Below the pieces are notes generated by a model. It ran no database searches and had not been told where the DNA came from. It saw nothing but the letters and a program-made list of their open reading frames with translations. A stretch of DNA of 63,803 nt, filler included, from Folioceros fuciformis (taxonomy: Eukaryota), in assembly GCA_049999805.1 (NCBI GenBank). It is 5 parts of 4 records of this genome, joined end to end, with 100 filler letters (N's around TTAATTAATTAA, not from the genome) between each part and the next. Parts side by side here need not be neighbours in the genome. Positions count along the whole stretch, not along the records: positions 1 to 21,927 come from JBNGIO010006141.1; 4 more parts are not named here. One strand, 5' to 3'. This document shows positions 1-12,152 of the stretch, piece by piece. The translations under genes were made by a program, and so were the position numbers. Numbering within the stretch: position 1 is the stretch's first letter; every line of letters begins with the position of its first letter.

Positions 1-81
1 ATGTCTCAACGATAGTGGGATAAGTGTGGCCACTAAAGGTGGAACCCGTTGGCAATCAGTGCCCGGGGTTTTGCCTCCACA
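1..81 (+). mobile_element. 3' end of a Gypsy (Tat/Athila-like) LTR, either a 3' or solo LTR
   Basis: Near-identical to 62646-62726, which is followed by a PBS and gag. Ends in ...CTCCACA. No PBS follows this copy. Confidence 0.85.
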
Positions 82-2361
82 GTGCTGGATGCTCGTATTG
101 AGCTTCCCACTTCGTTGGGTTTTTTTAGTGTCCCTGGACGCGTTCCCGGGGGGAAGACTGGTCTGTGCCTTTCGATAAGCTGGTGGGTGAGGGAAATCTT
201 CTGGTAGCTGGTAAAGGTGCAGGTCAACGTGTATGGAGAAAGGTTTGCAAACTAGAAGTCCCAAGCCCGGGGAAAACTTCTGGGACAAGCTTTCATGGGA
301 ATTCTACACGAGAGGATCCTAGCTCTTTGGATGGTGTGCCTGCTGGACCTGAGAGTAGGTGGGAGTCCGGGGACTTCACGGTACACCAAGAAGAAGCTAA
401 GGACTGCCAAACCATCCCGTTTCGGCAGCAGGATCCAGTGCCAGGCAGTGGACTTGATAACTGCATAGGGACGCTGCCTTTTTGACCAAGCAAGAAGTGG
501 AGAAGCCTGAATCGGTCGACAAGCTTGCAAGGGCAAGGGCGGTGCAGTTCGGCGCCTGTAGGGAACTACTGGGTGCAGTGGAGAAGCCTGAATCGATCGA
601 CAGGCTTGTAAGGGCAAGGGAGGCCACCCCTCCAAGGGGGGACTCCACAAGGAGGGAAGCGTAGGAGGGTCTCCGGATCCAGGGTACTGTGTAAGGACTG
701 GAGCGCATCGGGGCAGGGCCGCAGATGGGGTCGCTCCTCCCCCGAGTCCACACCAAGCACCGAGTTTGGAGCAGAGGAGCTCCGTAAGGATGGTAGGGAA
801 GGATCGCCCCTGGGCGAAGGGAGCTCGGCACCGCCTCGTGACCTCGGTGATGCTAGACGGCCTTTGGGCCGCGACGTTGCTCGCAAGTATGTTGAAGATT
901 CTCAGGGTGGTATCCAGCGGGGTCCTCAGGGACTGCTAACGCGACACGGGAGTCCACAACTTGGGGTGGAACCTGTCCACAACCAGAAGGCTTCCCTCTT
1001 TGAGCAAGATCGAAGCCACCTCCTCCTTGGTGAAGCATCCGCCTTGATGAAGACTGGCGCACCTAGAGGTGTTACACACACCCTTCCAGGAGGTCGACTC
1101 CTTAAAGCATGGGATTCTAGAGTCCGGTGGTTGCAGTTGGTACGATTCGCAACGGGGGGGGTGAGGCAGAGGGTGTAGTGTCACCCGTGTATTGGCCCCA
1201 AACTCCGCTCTCGGAGGAGAAGAGTTCTGTTAGGCCTGCTAGAGGAGGCGAGTTCTTGGGCGACGGATGCTCTGGGCTAACCAGTGGGGTCAGCGAGGAT
1301 AGGTGGCCATAGGGTGTGACCTCGCTGACAAACGGGTGGAGGACCCGCACGATCTGCCCCAGCGGGATGCCCAGTGTTTCCTGTCCCGGCATGGTGAGGA
1401 TCTCGGTACCTGGCAGCCTGTTACGGGACATGCGGTGTGCGAGGTGGGAAAGAGGATGGGTGGTGCTCCTGGGTTGCCTTCAGGCACTCTCCCACGAGAA
1501 GGAATCAGGAAGGAAGGAGGGTGTGAGGAAAATTCAGCCACTAGGATTCCACAGGAAGGGAGTCAGGCATCTGCTCAGAGGTTTCCGGCTAGACACCGTG
1601 ATGGTGTTAGCGAGTTCGAGCCAGCTCCAGGCCATACTGGAAACAAGTCGGGCATGCTTTGCACTCTCTTGAAACCGGTGGCAGAGGGAGGGAATTCGAC
1701 AATTGCTGGTGTAGGAGGTTCAGGTGAACGTGCTCACCTGCTCAGGAAGGATCCTAAGGATGAAGGTTGGTCCTGGCAGCGGCTTCACCGAAGGCAAGAA
1801 AATCAAAGTTGAGAAAGGTCTGGCTATAGCTGGTATTAAAGAGGCAAAGGTCTGCGGGATGAGCCAGGACCACGATCAAGGTAAACTTGGGGGGAGGACA
1901 CATTTGGGGACTGTCCACCATGAGGTCTGGAACAGGGACATCAATAGGGAGGGCAGTGATGAGGTGCATACACGCGGGGCCTTGGGTTGTAACTGCCTCA
2001 GCCCACCCGAAAGGCCCATAGTCTCTTCTGACTCGTAGGGTGAATTTTTTTCTACCCCCTGTGCTGATGAGGAATCTGAGCCAATTTGGCATGAAGTGTT
2101 GGCAGTCTTCCCTGAAGAGGAGGGGGCTAACCTTCCCTTCCCGTCATAGATGAACTCCCAAACGCGCTAGCCTACCTAGTCAATGCGAGTCAAATTCGGG
2201 TGGTAGTGGAAAATTCGGGTGGTAGTGGAAAGGAAGATGGGAGGCATAAAACAGCTTCTGGCCATGATTTGTTCAGGAGGAGAAGTGGCACCTGTGTTCA
2301 TCTTTGCAAAGCCTTCTCGCACATTAAAAAAGAAGATTTTTAGGATGCTGGCCTCCGGAGA

Positions 2362-2745
2362 TGTAGGGTTATTAAAGCCCAATGTGCTTAGACTAATTTG
2401 ATTAGTCTAATTAAATTAATTTGATTAGTCTAATTAAACTAAGGTGATTAGTCTAATTAAACTAATGTGGTTAGTCTAATTAAACTAGTGTGTTAAGTAT
2501 AATTAGACTAATATAATAGTCTAAGATTAATGTTTAATTAAATATCATTAGCTTAAGCTAATCTTTAAGAAGCTTCCTGTGAGCTTCTTGTGAAGCTTCC
2601 TTGGGAGTTTTTCTACACGGTATAAATGCCCTCTTGAGCTCCCTTTGCAAAAGAGTTGTGAGAGACATTGTGAGACCTTTCTTTTTCCTCTTCTCCTCTT
2701 TTCTTCTCTCTTCTCCTTCACCATGCCCCTCTAATAATCCTTTCA
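2362..2745 (+). repeat. Copia 5' LTR
   Basis: TGTAGGG...TTTCA. Contains four 23-bp TTAGTCTAATTAAA units and a TATAAAT box at 2621. Confidence 0.95.
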
Positions 2746-2747
2746 AG

Positions 2748-2759
2748 TGGTATCAGAGC
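2748..2759 (+). other. Primer-binding site (tRNA-iMet)
   Basis: TGGTATCAGAGC, two bases after the LTR end. Confidence 0.95.
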
Positions 2760-3365
2760 AAAGGGTGTGGAGCAAGATGGTTGTGCCTATTGTAGGTACA
2801 ATGAGTGGAGGCACAAGGCAAGAAGATGGAGCTAGGAGGGTTAGGGCGCCAGCCGGGCACCAACTAAGCGCCGCTGGGCCGCCAGCAAGGCGCCAACGCG
2901 GCGCCACCTGGGCGCCACTCCGCCGCCACTCGGGCGCCAACAAGGCGCCACTTGGCCGCCAGCAGGGCGCCAGCGAAGTGCCACCCTAGTGCCAGCAAGG
3001 CGTCTGTAGGGCGCCAATTGGGCATCAACTAGGCATCAATGGAAGGGATACCTGGACGGTAGTCGTTCGCCAGTGGAACGCTACCGAGGCAAGGATCTTG
3101 CCGGGCACCGAGCGCGCAAGACGGATGCAAGAAAGCGAACAAATTGCGGTAGTCGAGTGCGAGGGTGTGGGCGCCAAACTGACCCCGACCGTGGAAGTCA
3201 AGATCTCGATCGGACGATGGGAGACATTCCAATTGTGAGCGATCGAAGCCCAAGTTGTAGACATCTGATTTGGAACAAGTTATGAGGGTAACTTTGAGAA
3301 TCTACATTACATTCCGACTGTTTTCTAACTAGCCTTTTAGTTGATTTGCATTGGTTTTTTGAATC

Positions 3366-6300
3366 ATGACGTCCTCCGAAAACGTCATATTCAATATCGA
3401 GAAGTTAGATGGTACTAACTTCCCGTTCTGGAACATTGTACACAAGTGTACAATGTTCTAGAGCAAAAGAAGCAAATCAAGCCGATAAAGTTGCTAGGAG
3501 TGAAACCTGTTAGCATGACTTAGGATGAGTGGCAGGATCTAGATGAGCTTGCTAGGTCTACCATCATGCTAACATTGTCGAAGTCGGTCTACTTCAACGT
3601 GAAAGACAAGACCACAAGCTACGAGCTATGGCAGAAGTTGTGTGACCTGTACGAGAAGCAAAGTGCGGCTTCTCAGGTGTATTGGTTGAAACAACTGGTG
3701 GACTTGAAGATGAAGGAAGGGACGAGGATGTCCGATCATCTAAACGAGTTCAATACAATTATCAGCCAGCTCTCATCTCAAGGTATCTCGTTTCCAGATT
3801 CCGTGAGAGCTATGTTTCTATTGGTCACATTACCAGAGAGCTGGGACACCTTTCGTACAGCTCTGAGTAATTCGGCTCCTGCCAGTGGTCTTACCGTTGT
3901 AAATGTAGAAGGTAGTCTGTTAACAGAGGAGGTGAACAGGAAGAATATGGAAGCTTCGAAAGGTTCCAATGCCCTCATGGTGAGAGGAAGGTCCACTTCA
4001 AAGGGGAAGTACAAGGAGCGAACTTCTTCCCGTAGTAAATCTCGTAGTCGTAATAATGTTGAGTGTTACCATTGTCACAAGAAGGGTCACATCAGGAAGG
4101 ACTACGAGAAGTTCAAGAAGGACATAGGAAAGGAGAAGAAGCAAACCGACACCAAGGCAAGTCCAAGTACCAAGCCTAACGAGGTAAATTATGTTGAAGA
4201 TGAAGATGTTCTTATCTCTTCTTCCTTCGATTCTGCACAACTGACAGCCGTGGATAGTCATTTATTCTCTAATTGGATAATTGACTCTGGAGCATCTTTC
4301 CATGTTAGTCCGCATAGGGAGTGGTTTAGCACTTATGATGCTACTAGGAAAGGATGTGTTCGGCTTGGAAATAACTATGCGTGCGAGATTGCAGGCGTTG
4401 GTGATGTGCAGCTGAAGTTCCACAACGGATCTTCATTCACATTGAAGGATGTTAGGCATGTTCCGAAGTTGACAAAAAGCATGATTAGCGCAGGGCAGTT
4501 GGATGACACTGGCTAGCACTGTTGGTTTGGAGATAATTCTTGGAAGGTCTCCAAAGGTTCTCTTGTGTTAGCACGTGGAACGAAGTGTGGCACTTTGTAC
4601 TCACTTCAAGTAACCACTGTTAAGGATCATGTGATTTGTGTAACGGAGCAGCCAAGTGTTTCCTTGTGGCATAGTCGGTTAGGACATATGTCTCAAAAAG
4701 GAATGAAGATCTTATCTCGTTTTGGTTACGTCCCTGCTTTTGACTTCTCCGATTTCTCCGTGTGTGAGCACTGTTTGTATGGGAAACAGACGAAGTCACC
4801 ACATGGAGCAAAAGGTAAACACAAAAGTAAACCTCTTGAGTTGGTTCATAGTGACGTTTGTGGACCTATGCCCATTGTATCGTTAGGCGGTGCATCTTAT
4901 TTTGTCACTTTCATTGATGACTTTTCACGCAAGGTGTGGGTTTATCCTTTGAGGAAAAAGGATGATGTTCTGACAGTGTTTCAGAAATTCGTCACCCTTG
5001 TGGAGACTCAATCTGGCCTCCGACTGAAGTGTCTAAGGACAGACAATGGGGGAGAGTATGTCTCGAAGGCTTTCCAATCATTCTGTGATTCTAAGGGAAT
5101 CAAGAGAGAATTGACTGCACCGTATACTCCTCCTCAGAATGGTGTAGCTGAACGGATGAACAGGACCATCCAGGAGCGGATGCGTAGTTTATTGTCAAAC
5201 TCTGGATTGCCTAACGGATTTTGGGCCAAAGCAATAGCTACTACGGTGCATCTTATTAACAGATCTCCTAATAGGGCTGTAGATGAGCAGGTTCCGGAGG
5301 AGATGTGGTCTGGCAACCAGCCGTCATACAAGCATCTACGAGTGTTTGGCTGCAAGGCATACTACCATGTTCCTAAGGAGTTTCGGGACAAGTTGGCACC
5401 CAAGTCCAAGAAATGTATTTTTCTTGGCTATGATGAATCTTGTGAGATGGGATACCGTCTGTGGGATCCAGAGGCCAAGAGAATGGTTCGCAGTAATGAC
5501 GTGTTCTTCAATGAGACCAAGATGCATAAGAAGCCTACTCCAACTGTGGAGGTGCGACGGGTGGTGTTTCAAGAAGATGGATTTGACCGTCCTGCGCAGG
5601 TTGAACGACGTGATGTGCTGGAACAAGTTCCTCCACTTGTACAAGAGGAGAGAGTGCAACCAGCTCCGGTCGAGGCGCCATTGTTTCGTAGGTCAGGAAG
5701 GATCTCACGTCCTCCTGACAGGTATGTTGCATCTCTTGATTATGTCATGTTGACGAATTGTGGGGAGCCCTCTTGTTACCAAGAGGCCATGTCAGTGATT
5801 GACAAGGACAAGTGGGAGGAAGCGATGCAGTCGCAGATGGATTCACTCCACAAGAACCAAACTTGGGAGTTGGTTCGGTTGCCTAAGGGCAAGAAGGCGT
5901 TGCCATGCAAATGGGTGTATAAGATGAAGGACATACCCCATTATGGCAAACCTAAGTACAAGGCACGATTGGTTGCGAAGGGTTTTAAGGAACAACAAGG
6001 TATTGACTTTGATGAAATTTTCTCATCGGTTGTCAAAATGACCACCTTGCGATGTGTTCTTGGTCTGGTTGCGAGGCTCGACATGGAACTTGTTCAGATG
6101 GATGTGAAGTCGGCATTTTTGCACGGTGATCTCCAGGAAGAAGTATACATGCAGCAACCAGAGGGTTTCATTAAGAAGGGCAAAGAGAATCTAGTGTGCA
6201 GGTTAAAGAAAAGCCTTTATGGTTTGAAGCAGGCACCCACGGAGTGGTATTTCAAGTTCCACTCATTTATGCTTTCTCAAGGCTACAAGCGTAGCGATGA

Positions 6301-7301
6301 GGATCATTGCCTCTATACGAAGCAAGCTAAGGATGGTCCTCTATGTGGATGATATGCTAATTGCTGGGAATGACAGTGATGAGATTTCAACGTTGAAGTC
6401 AAAGTTGAATGGTCGCTTTGACATGACAGACTTGGGAGAGGCAAGCCATATTCTTGGCATGCGTATTCGTCGAGACAGACAGAAGCCTTTGTTGTACTTG
6501 TCTCAGACTGAATACATTAACAAGGTGCTTCAACGTTTCAATATGGAGAAGGGGAAGGTATTAAGTACTCCGTTGCCTCCATATGTGAAATTGTCGAGCA
6601 AGGATTGCCCAAGCTCTACGGAGGACAAAGTTGAAATGGAGAAGGTTCCATACTCATCAGCTGTAGGGAGTTTGATGTATGTAATGATTGCTACATGTCC
6701 TGACATTGCCTTTGCAGTGGGAGTGGTTAGCAGGTTTATGTCAAACCCTGGCAAGAAGCATTGGGAGGCAGTGAAAGGAGTTATGAGGTACTTGAATGGT
6801 ACGAAAGCTTTGTGCTTATGTTTTGGTAGTGAAGATGCATCTGTCGTGGGATATACGGATGCTGATTATGCAGGGGATATGGACAAAAGGAGGTCCACAT
6901 CAGGTTACGTCTTCATGTGCACAGGAGGGGCAGTCTCATGGCGATCTTGTTTGCAATCATGCATAACGCTATCTACCACAGAGGCCGAGTATGTTGCAGC
7001 AACTGAGGCATGCAAGGAAGCCATATGGCTTGCTCGTCTAGTGGGCGATTTAGGGATCAAGGTTGAGCTGCCAGTGTTGCATTGTGATAGCCAGAGTGCT
7101 ATTCAATTGGCAAAGAATCCAGTGTTTCATGCGAAGACCAAACATGTGGAAGTGAAGTATCACTTCATTCGAGAGGTGTTGGAAGACAAGAGGGTACAAC
7201 TTGTCAAAGTTCACACCAGTCAGAACCCTGCAAATGTTCTTACCAAGGGGCTCTCTTCGGAGCAATTCGCACAAGCTCGGACACTCATGGGCATGAGGTA
7301 G
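3366..7301 (+). pseudogene. Copia gag-pol polyprotein, disrupted
   Basis: Motifs: IEKLDGTNFPFW, zinc knuckle CYHCHKKGH, protease WIIDSGAS, LWHSRLGH, integrase HSDVCGP/RTDNGGEY/QNGVAER, RT LYVDDML, RNase H YTDAD/STTEAEY/HCDSQSA. Stops at about 3521 and 4514; frameshifts near 3435 and 6340. Confidence 0.95.
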
Positions 7302-7343
7302 ACTACTCCCCTATGAAGGTAAATTGGCCTTTAAGGGGGCGGT

Positions 7344-7722
7344 TGTAGGGTTATTAAAGCCCAATGTGCTTAGACTAATGTGATTAGTCTAATTAAACTA
7401 ATGTGATTAGTCTAATTAAACTAGTGTGCTAAGTTTAATTAAATTAATGTAATTAGTCTAAGATTAGTGTTTAATTAAGTATCATTAGCTTAAGCTAATC
7501 TTTAGGAAGCTTCCTGCATAGCTTCCTGTGAGCTTCTTGTGAAGCTTCCTATGAGCTTCTTGTGAAGCTTCCTTGGGAGCTTTTCTAGAGGGTATAAATA
7601 CCCTCTTGAGCTCCCTTTGCAATAGAGCTGTGAGAGACACTGTGAGACCTCTCTTTCTCCTGTCCTCTCTTCCTCCCTTCTTCTCTCCTCTCCTTCACCA
7701 TGCTCCTCTAATGATCCTTTCA
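7344..7722 (+). repeat. Copia 3' LTR
   Basis: Homologous to 2362-2745 but with only two 23-bp units and extra GAAGCTTC repeats. Confidence 0.95.
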
Positions 7723-8069
7723 ATCTCTTGGCGCTTCCTTTAAAGGTGGAGTGGCGATGGATCCTATCAGGCCCATGGATGGAAACGTACGCTGGGAAGG
7801 CTCTACTCCTGGAAGGAAAGGGAAGTTGGGGGGCTCTAACTCATGAAGGAAGGGTAGTCTCGGCCGTGCGGAAATCAAAGCGGTTACAGAAGAAGATGCA
7901 AGAGCTCAAGCCGGATAATCTTCGGGCTGGTATGGGGGGCGTCGACTTTGACCGAGCATAGAAACCCAATGCAATTCGTAGGCTGTTGAACAAGCAAGGC
8001 ACTGGTGATGGGTATTGACCACTTGGGGAAGTATGAGAGGGGGCCCACTTACGGGTCCTAGGAATCTTG

Positions 8070-11000
8070 GAATGTGAGAGGCTTGGGCGGTTGGTCAAAA
8101 TCCACCTCTAAGTGTCGCAGGTTGCAGCATCTCCTGCGAGAGGACATCACATGGGATGTGGTTTGTCTTCAGCAACACAAACTTTTGGCAGACCACATAC
8201 AACGAATAAAAAAGCTGTTTCTGCCAAGGCGTACAATGTGGGTCCGGGCGAGAGCGGCAGAGGAAGGAGCTAGTACTAACGCTAGAGAGTATGATTCGGC
8301 CACGAGGGGAGGCGTCTCTATCACGGTCCATCCAGAGCAAGGTCAAAATTTTCTGGAGACAGGACAAGATGATTTGGGTAGGTTTGTTAGGGTGGTGTTG
8401 CAGACTTCTCAAGGCCCCCTGGGCATCTGTAACGTTTATGCCCCCAACATTGGGTCAGAGAGGAGCCTCTTGTGGAGTCATTTAGGTGAGCATCTGAGTG
8501 ATCAGATACCATGGATTATCGCGGGTGACTTCAACTTTGTAGAAAGGCGAGAGGACATCCAAGGTGTCAGCCAGGTGGACATTCGGAGGGTGCCCTTATC
8601 GTAGCAAGAGCAGAGAGACACTAACCTAAATGTGCAGGATCCGTGGCTGGCTCTTCTGGCACACCGTCGTCAAAAACTCTCTCAAGTTTAGCTGGTCCAA
8701 TCAACAGCCTACGGCTTGTGGGGCTCGAAGACTGGATAGGTTCTTCGTTCCCACCACGTGGCTACCATATGTGCGGGAGTATAGTATTTTGGCTAGTATA
8801 GTGCTATCGGACCATCACCCGATCAGCTTGCTCTTACAGCTCTCTCCTGGAGACCTCCGACACAAAAGGGACAAGAGAGGGTTTCGGATGAATACGTCTC
8901 TCTTAGTGGAAGAAGGTGTGTATGAGCTAAACAAGAGCATATGGCAGGGTATAGAACAAGGAGATGAGCCGGCAATGCAAAGGCTTATGAGTGCGAATAC
9001 TAAGGCCACTTCCTTTATGAGGAGGCTTGGCTCACAGTGCAAGAAAGAAAAAGCTCGGTTAGAGGACTTCCTTCGAGATGAATTGGGTGTCATTCAAAGA
9101 GAAGGAGAACAGCGTGCCCTGACCGGGGAGGAGGAAGGTCAGCTCCCAGAAATACACTGTGATCTTGCAAAGCTAGAAGAGGATAGAGCAAGGGGTTGGT
9201 ACAAGCGGGCTAAGGTGAACTGGGTGCAAGAAGGAGATTGCCCCTCTAAGTTCTTCTCCGACAAGGTGGCAGTGAATCGACATAAGACAAGAAGCCCTGC
9301 TCTCCCCCACGCACAGGGTATTAGGAAGGACTCCCTTAGTGGCTTGAAAAAACTGATCACCTTCTTTTATGTTGGAATTTTTGCAAGTCTCGGAAAACAG
9401 GCAGGGTGGGTGGATCTTTGGAACTTGTCGTATGGACAGTTTCCTGCTAAGGTGACAGAGGCTCAGCGTACAATTCTTGACAAACCTTTCACAGCTGCGG
9501 AGGTGGTGCAAGCGTTGAACGAGATGCTGAGGAAAAAATCACCAGGGCATGACGGTATCCCTCTTGAGTTTCTGGCTTGGGGTTGGGATTTTATGGGGCC
9601 GCTCTTCATGGAGACAGTAAACACGATATGGGAGGAAGGTAGTATGGGCCCATGGTTTAACCTAGGCCTTATTTCCCTTTTACCCAAACATGATGCTAGT
9701 CTTTCCATTGCTAATTGGCAGCCTATCACCCTCTTTACAACCACTTACAAAGTGATTTCCAAAGTCTTAGTGAAGAGGCTCAAGTGCTTCGTGGACGACT
9801 GGCTGGAGGTGGAGCAACGAGGGTTCATCCAAAACAGGTGTATTCTAGATAACATGCTGCTTTTGCGTGAGGCTAAGATTGATGCCGTATCTCAACACAA
9901 GCCGGCAGTGTTTATCTCCTTAGATTTCTATAAGGCTTATGATACAATTGAATGGCACTTCCTTTGGAGATGTGTGAGAAGTTTTGGACTGGGTAACCAC
10001 TTCTGCAGATGGATTGCAATTCTCTGCGAGGATGCATGCGCAATGGTCTTTGCGAACGGCTCCTTCACTGATATGTTTGATATCAGGAGGTCGGTATGTC
10101 AAGGATGCCCTCTGGCCCCGTTCCTATTCATAATTGTCACTGATTTTCTTTTGTGAGTAGTTAAGCAAGACTCAAGGATTGAAGGCATCCAAAATTCGGA
10201 TGGCTCGCAGCTGCGTACCTCGGCCTTCGCTGATGATACCTTGTTATTCTCATCTGCCGATACGACGTTCTTAACAGCCTTGCTCTCCCAGGTAGAGATA
10301 TTTGGTCAGCTATCAGGGTGCAACGTGAACTGGAGCAAGACCAGGATGATGTGCGTTAACATGCAGGGTGAGCCACCCGAGTGTATCAGACACATTATGC
10401 GGGTCCAACCCGGATTGTCACACAAGTACCTGGGCCTACCATTCCAAGAAGAGGATGAGAACATGGAGATTGGTAAATATGTATGCCTCATGCTCATACG
10501 GAAAGCAATAAGTTTGCGCATTTTGGATCTTAGTCTTGCAGGTAGAATTGTGGTCATAAACCATATTTTGACCGCTTCCCTGTGGTACTATTTGTTCTTA
10601 TGGGCCCCTAGCAAGGTTGACCTGAGGAGTTTAAAGCAGATTATTTCCAACTTCTTATGGGGTAAGTCTAAGGAGCTGCTCTCCCCTTCCCATAAGGTGG
10701 CGTGGCGACATATGATACAGAGCAAGCGGCTGGGTGGGCTAGGACTGGAGGATCCCGCATGCAAGATGAAGATCCTGCATGTGCAATGGGTTTTGAAACC
10801 TGCAGGTCCAATGGGCTACCCCTGGAAAACTTGGTTAACCCAACACTTGCAGCAAACTCAAGCGGTTGCCCGGGGGTGGAGGTCTATGGACAACTTATTG
10901 GCGGATAGACCCTTACTTGACACAAGAGAGTGTTCTCCACTCTTTGCTTCAATATGGCGCAGCTTCTTGGAAGTTAAGACTCTCCTTCAACCCGCCATAC

Positions 11001-12152
11001 CCAAGAATAGGGACAATGCGCTAGGCCTCCCTCTCCAAGGGTTCAAGGGGCTCTGGTCACAAGACTTCCTTTCGAGGGTGTACCATTCCCAGATTTTTGG
11101 TTCCTCTGGTAGAAGAGGCATTGTGCAGCTTGGGCACCTATGGAATTGTGTAGGATGGAAAACAGCGGAGGAAGTTCGTGCACAGTTTGGGACTCCAGTT
11201 CGACATGTGAGACTAATGCTTGCATGGCTACAGGAAGGGATGGCAGAGGAGGTGAAGCAGGCGCTATTACAGCTGGCCCAAGTGGGCATTCACATGTGGG
11301 GGGCCCACCCCGTGGAAGATAGGATGAGAGACTCCGACCAAGAGGAGGATGCGGCCCCCCTAGATTTCGACCGGGCAGTGCTCATGTCATCACTAATGGA
11401 AGACAGTGAGAATCTATCCTACAAGACTTTGAACGCAGAAGGGCTTTTGGAGGTTGTCGGCAGGGAGGATGGCATTATCGGTGGTGTGTGCCTGAGAGGG
11501 ATACCTACGCTTTACAGAGCTAAGCGTGCGGGGCATTGGCTCACCCAGGAAGAACATGACCGCAAGAAGCAACCTCTGCAACAAAGTCCTGTAAGATGTT
11601 GGTTTCGATTGAAGGAGAATTATGAATTACTAATGAGACCTGACCTATATATGTGGCCTGGGAGCTGTGGAAGGATGCAGGGCAACGCGAGATCACTTTT
11701 CAACTTTCCTTTAGGGGCCATCTACCCTCGACTCGTGCACGCACAGAAATCTCCTCAGCGACGTCGACTGGCTCCGAGATTGAGGCTCTCCCAGCGTCGC
11801 CAGAGGGCAACGATTAAACTCCTGTGGTCGACCATTGGGGTCCCCCCCAAGGTGCGAGTTACCATCTGGTGTTTCTTCCAAGCTTGTCTACCTAACGCAG
11901 ATCACTAGGACGGGTTGCTGGCGGCCATGGGGGAGGAATGGTGTAGGCTTTGTAGTGTTGGCACCTCTCACAAAAGCCAACATATCTTCTTTCAATGCGA
12001 CTATGCGCAAGGTGTCTGGATTGAAGTTGGCAAGTGGCTTCAAAACCTCCTCCCAGAGAGAACCATTGTGGTTACAGAGCAAACCGCTCTTTTTGGGCTT
12101 GACGAACGAACAGGAGAGCCTCTAGTCCAGAAGCACTGGTGGGGAGTGGTCT
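8070..12152 (+). pseudogene. LINE ORF2 (APE endonuclease, reverse transcriptase, C-terminal Cys motif), disrupted
   Basis: Motifs: WNVRGL, NVYAPN, GDFN, RLDRF, SDHHPI, KSPGHDG, NWQPITL, LDFYKAYD, QGCPLAP, FADDT (about 10226), KYLGLP, GGLGL, CRLC...HIFFQC. Several stops and frameshifts. Confidence 0.93.

Larger units (their letters stand above)
2362..7722 (+). mobile_element. Full-length Ty1/Copia LTR retrotransposon (Tnt1-like), pseudogenised
   Basis: TG...CA LTRs at 2362-2745 and 7344-7722. tRNA-iMet PBS TGGTATCAGAGC at 2748-2759. Purine tract at about 7333-7342. Domain order gag-PR-INT-RT-RH. Confidence 0.96.
82..12152 (+). mobile_element. L1-like LINE (LINE-A), degenerate, interrupted by a Copia at 2362-7722 and 3'-truncated
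   Basis: ORF2 motifs lie at 8070-12150. Peptides on both sides of the Copia (MICSGGEVAPVF..IFRMLASG and LPLKVEWRW) align with the ORF1 tail of LINE-B (MIGGGGEQLPL..IFDFLSAGE and MPLILEWRW). The 5' limit is uncertain. Confidence 0.7.

Noticed and set aside
497..620. About 44-bp direct repeat at roughly 80-bp spacing
   Set aside because: A local duplication inside decayed LINE sequence with no sign of function
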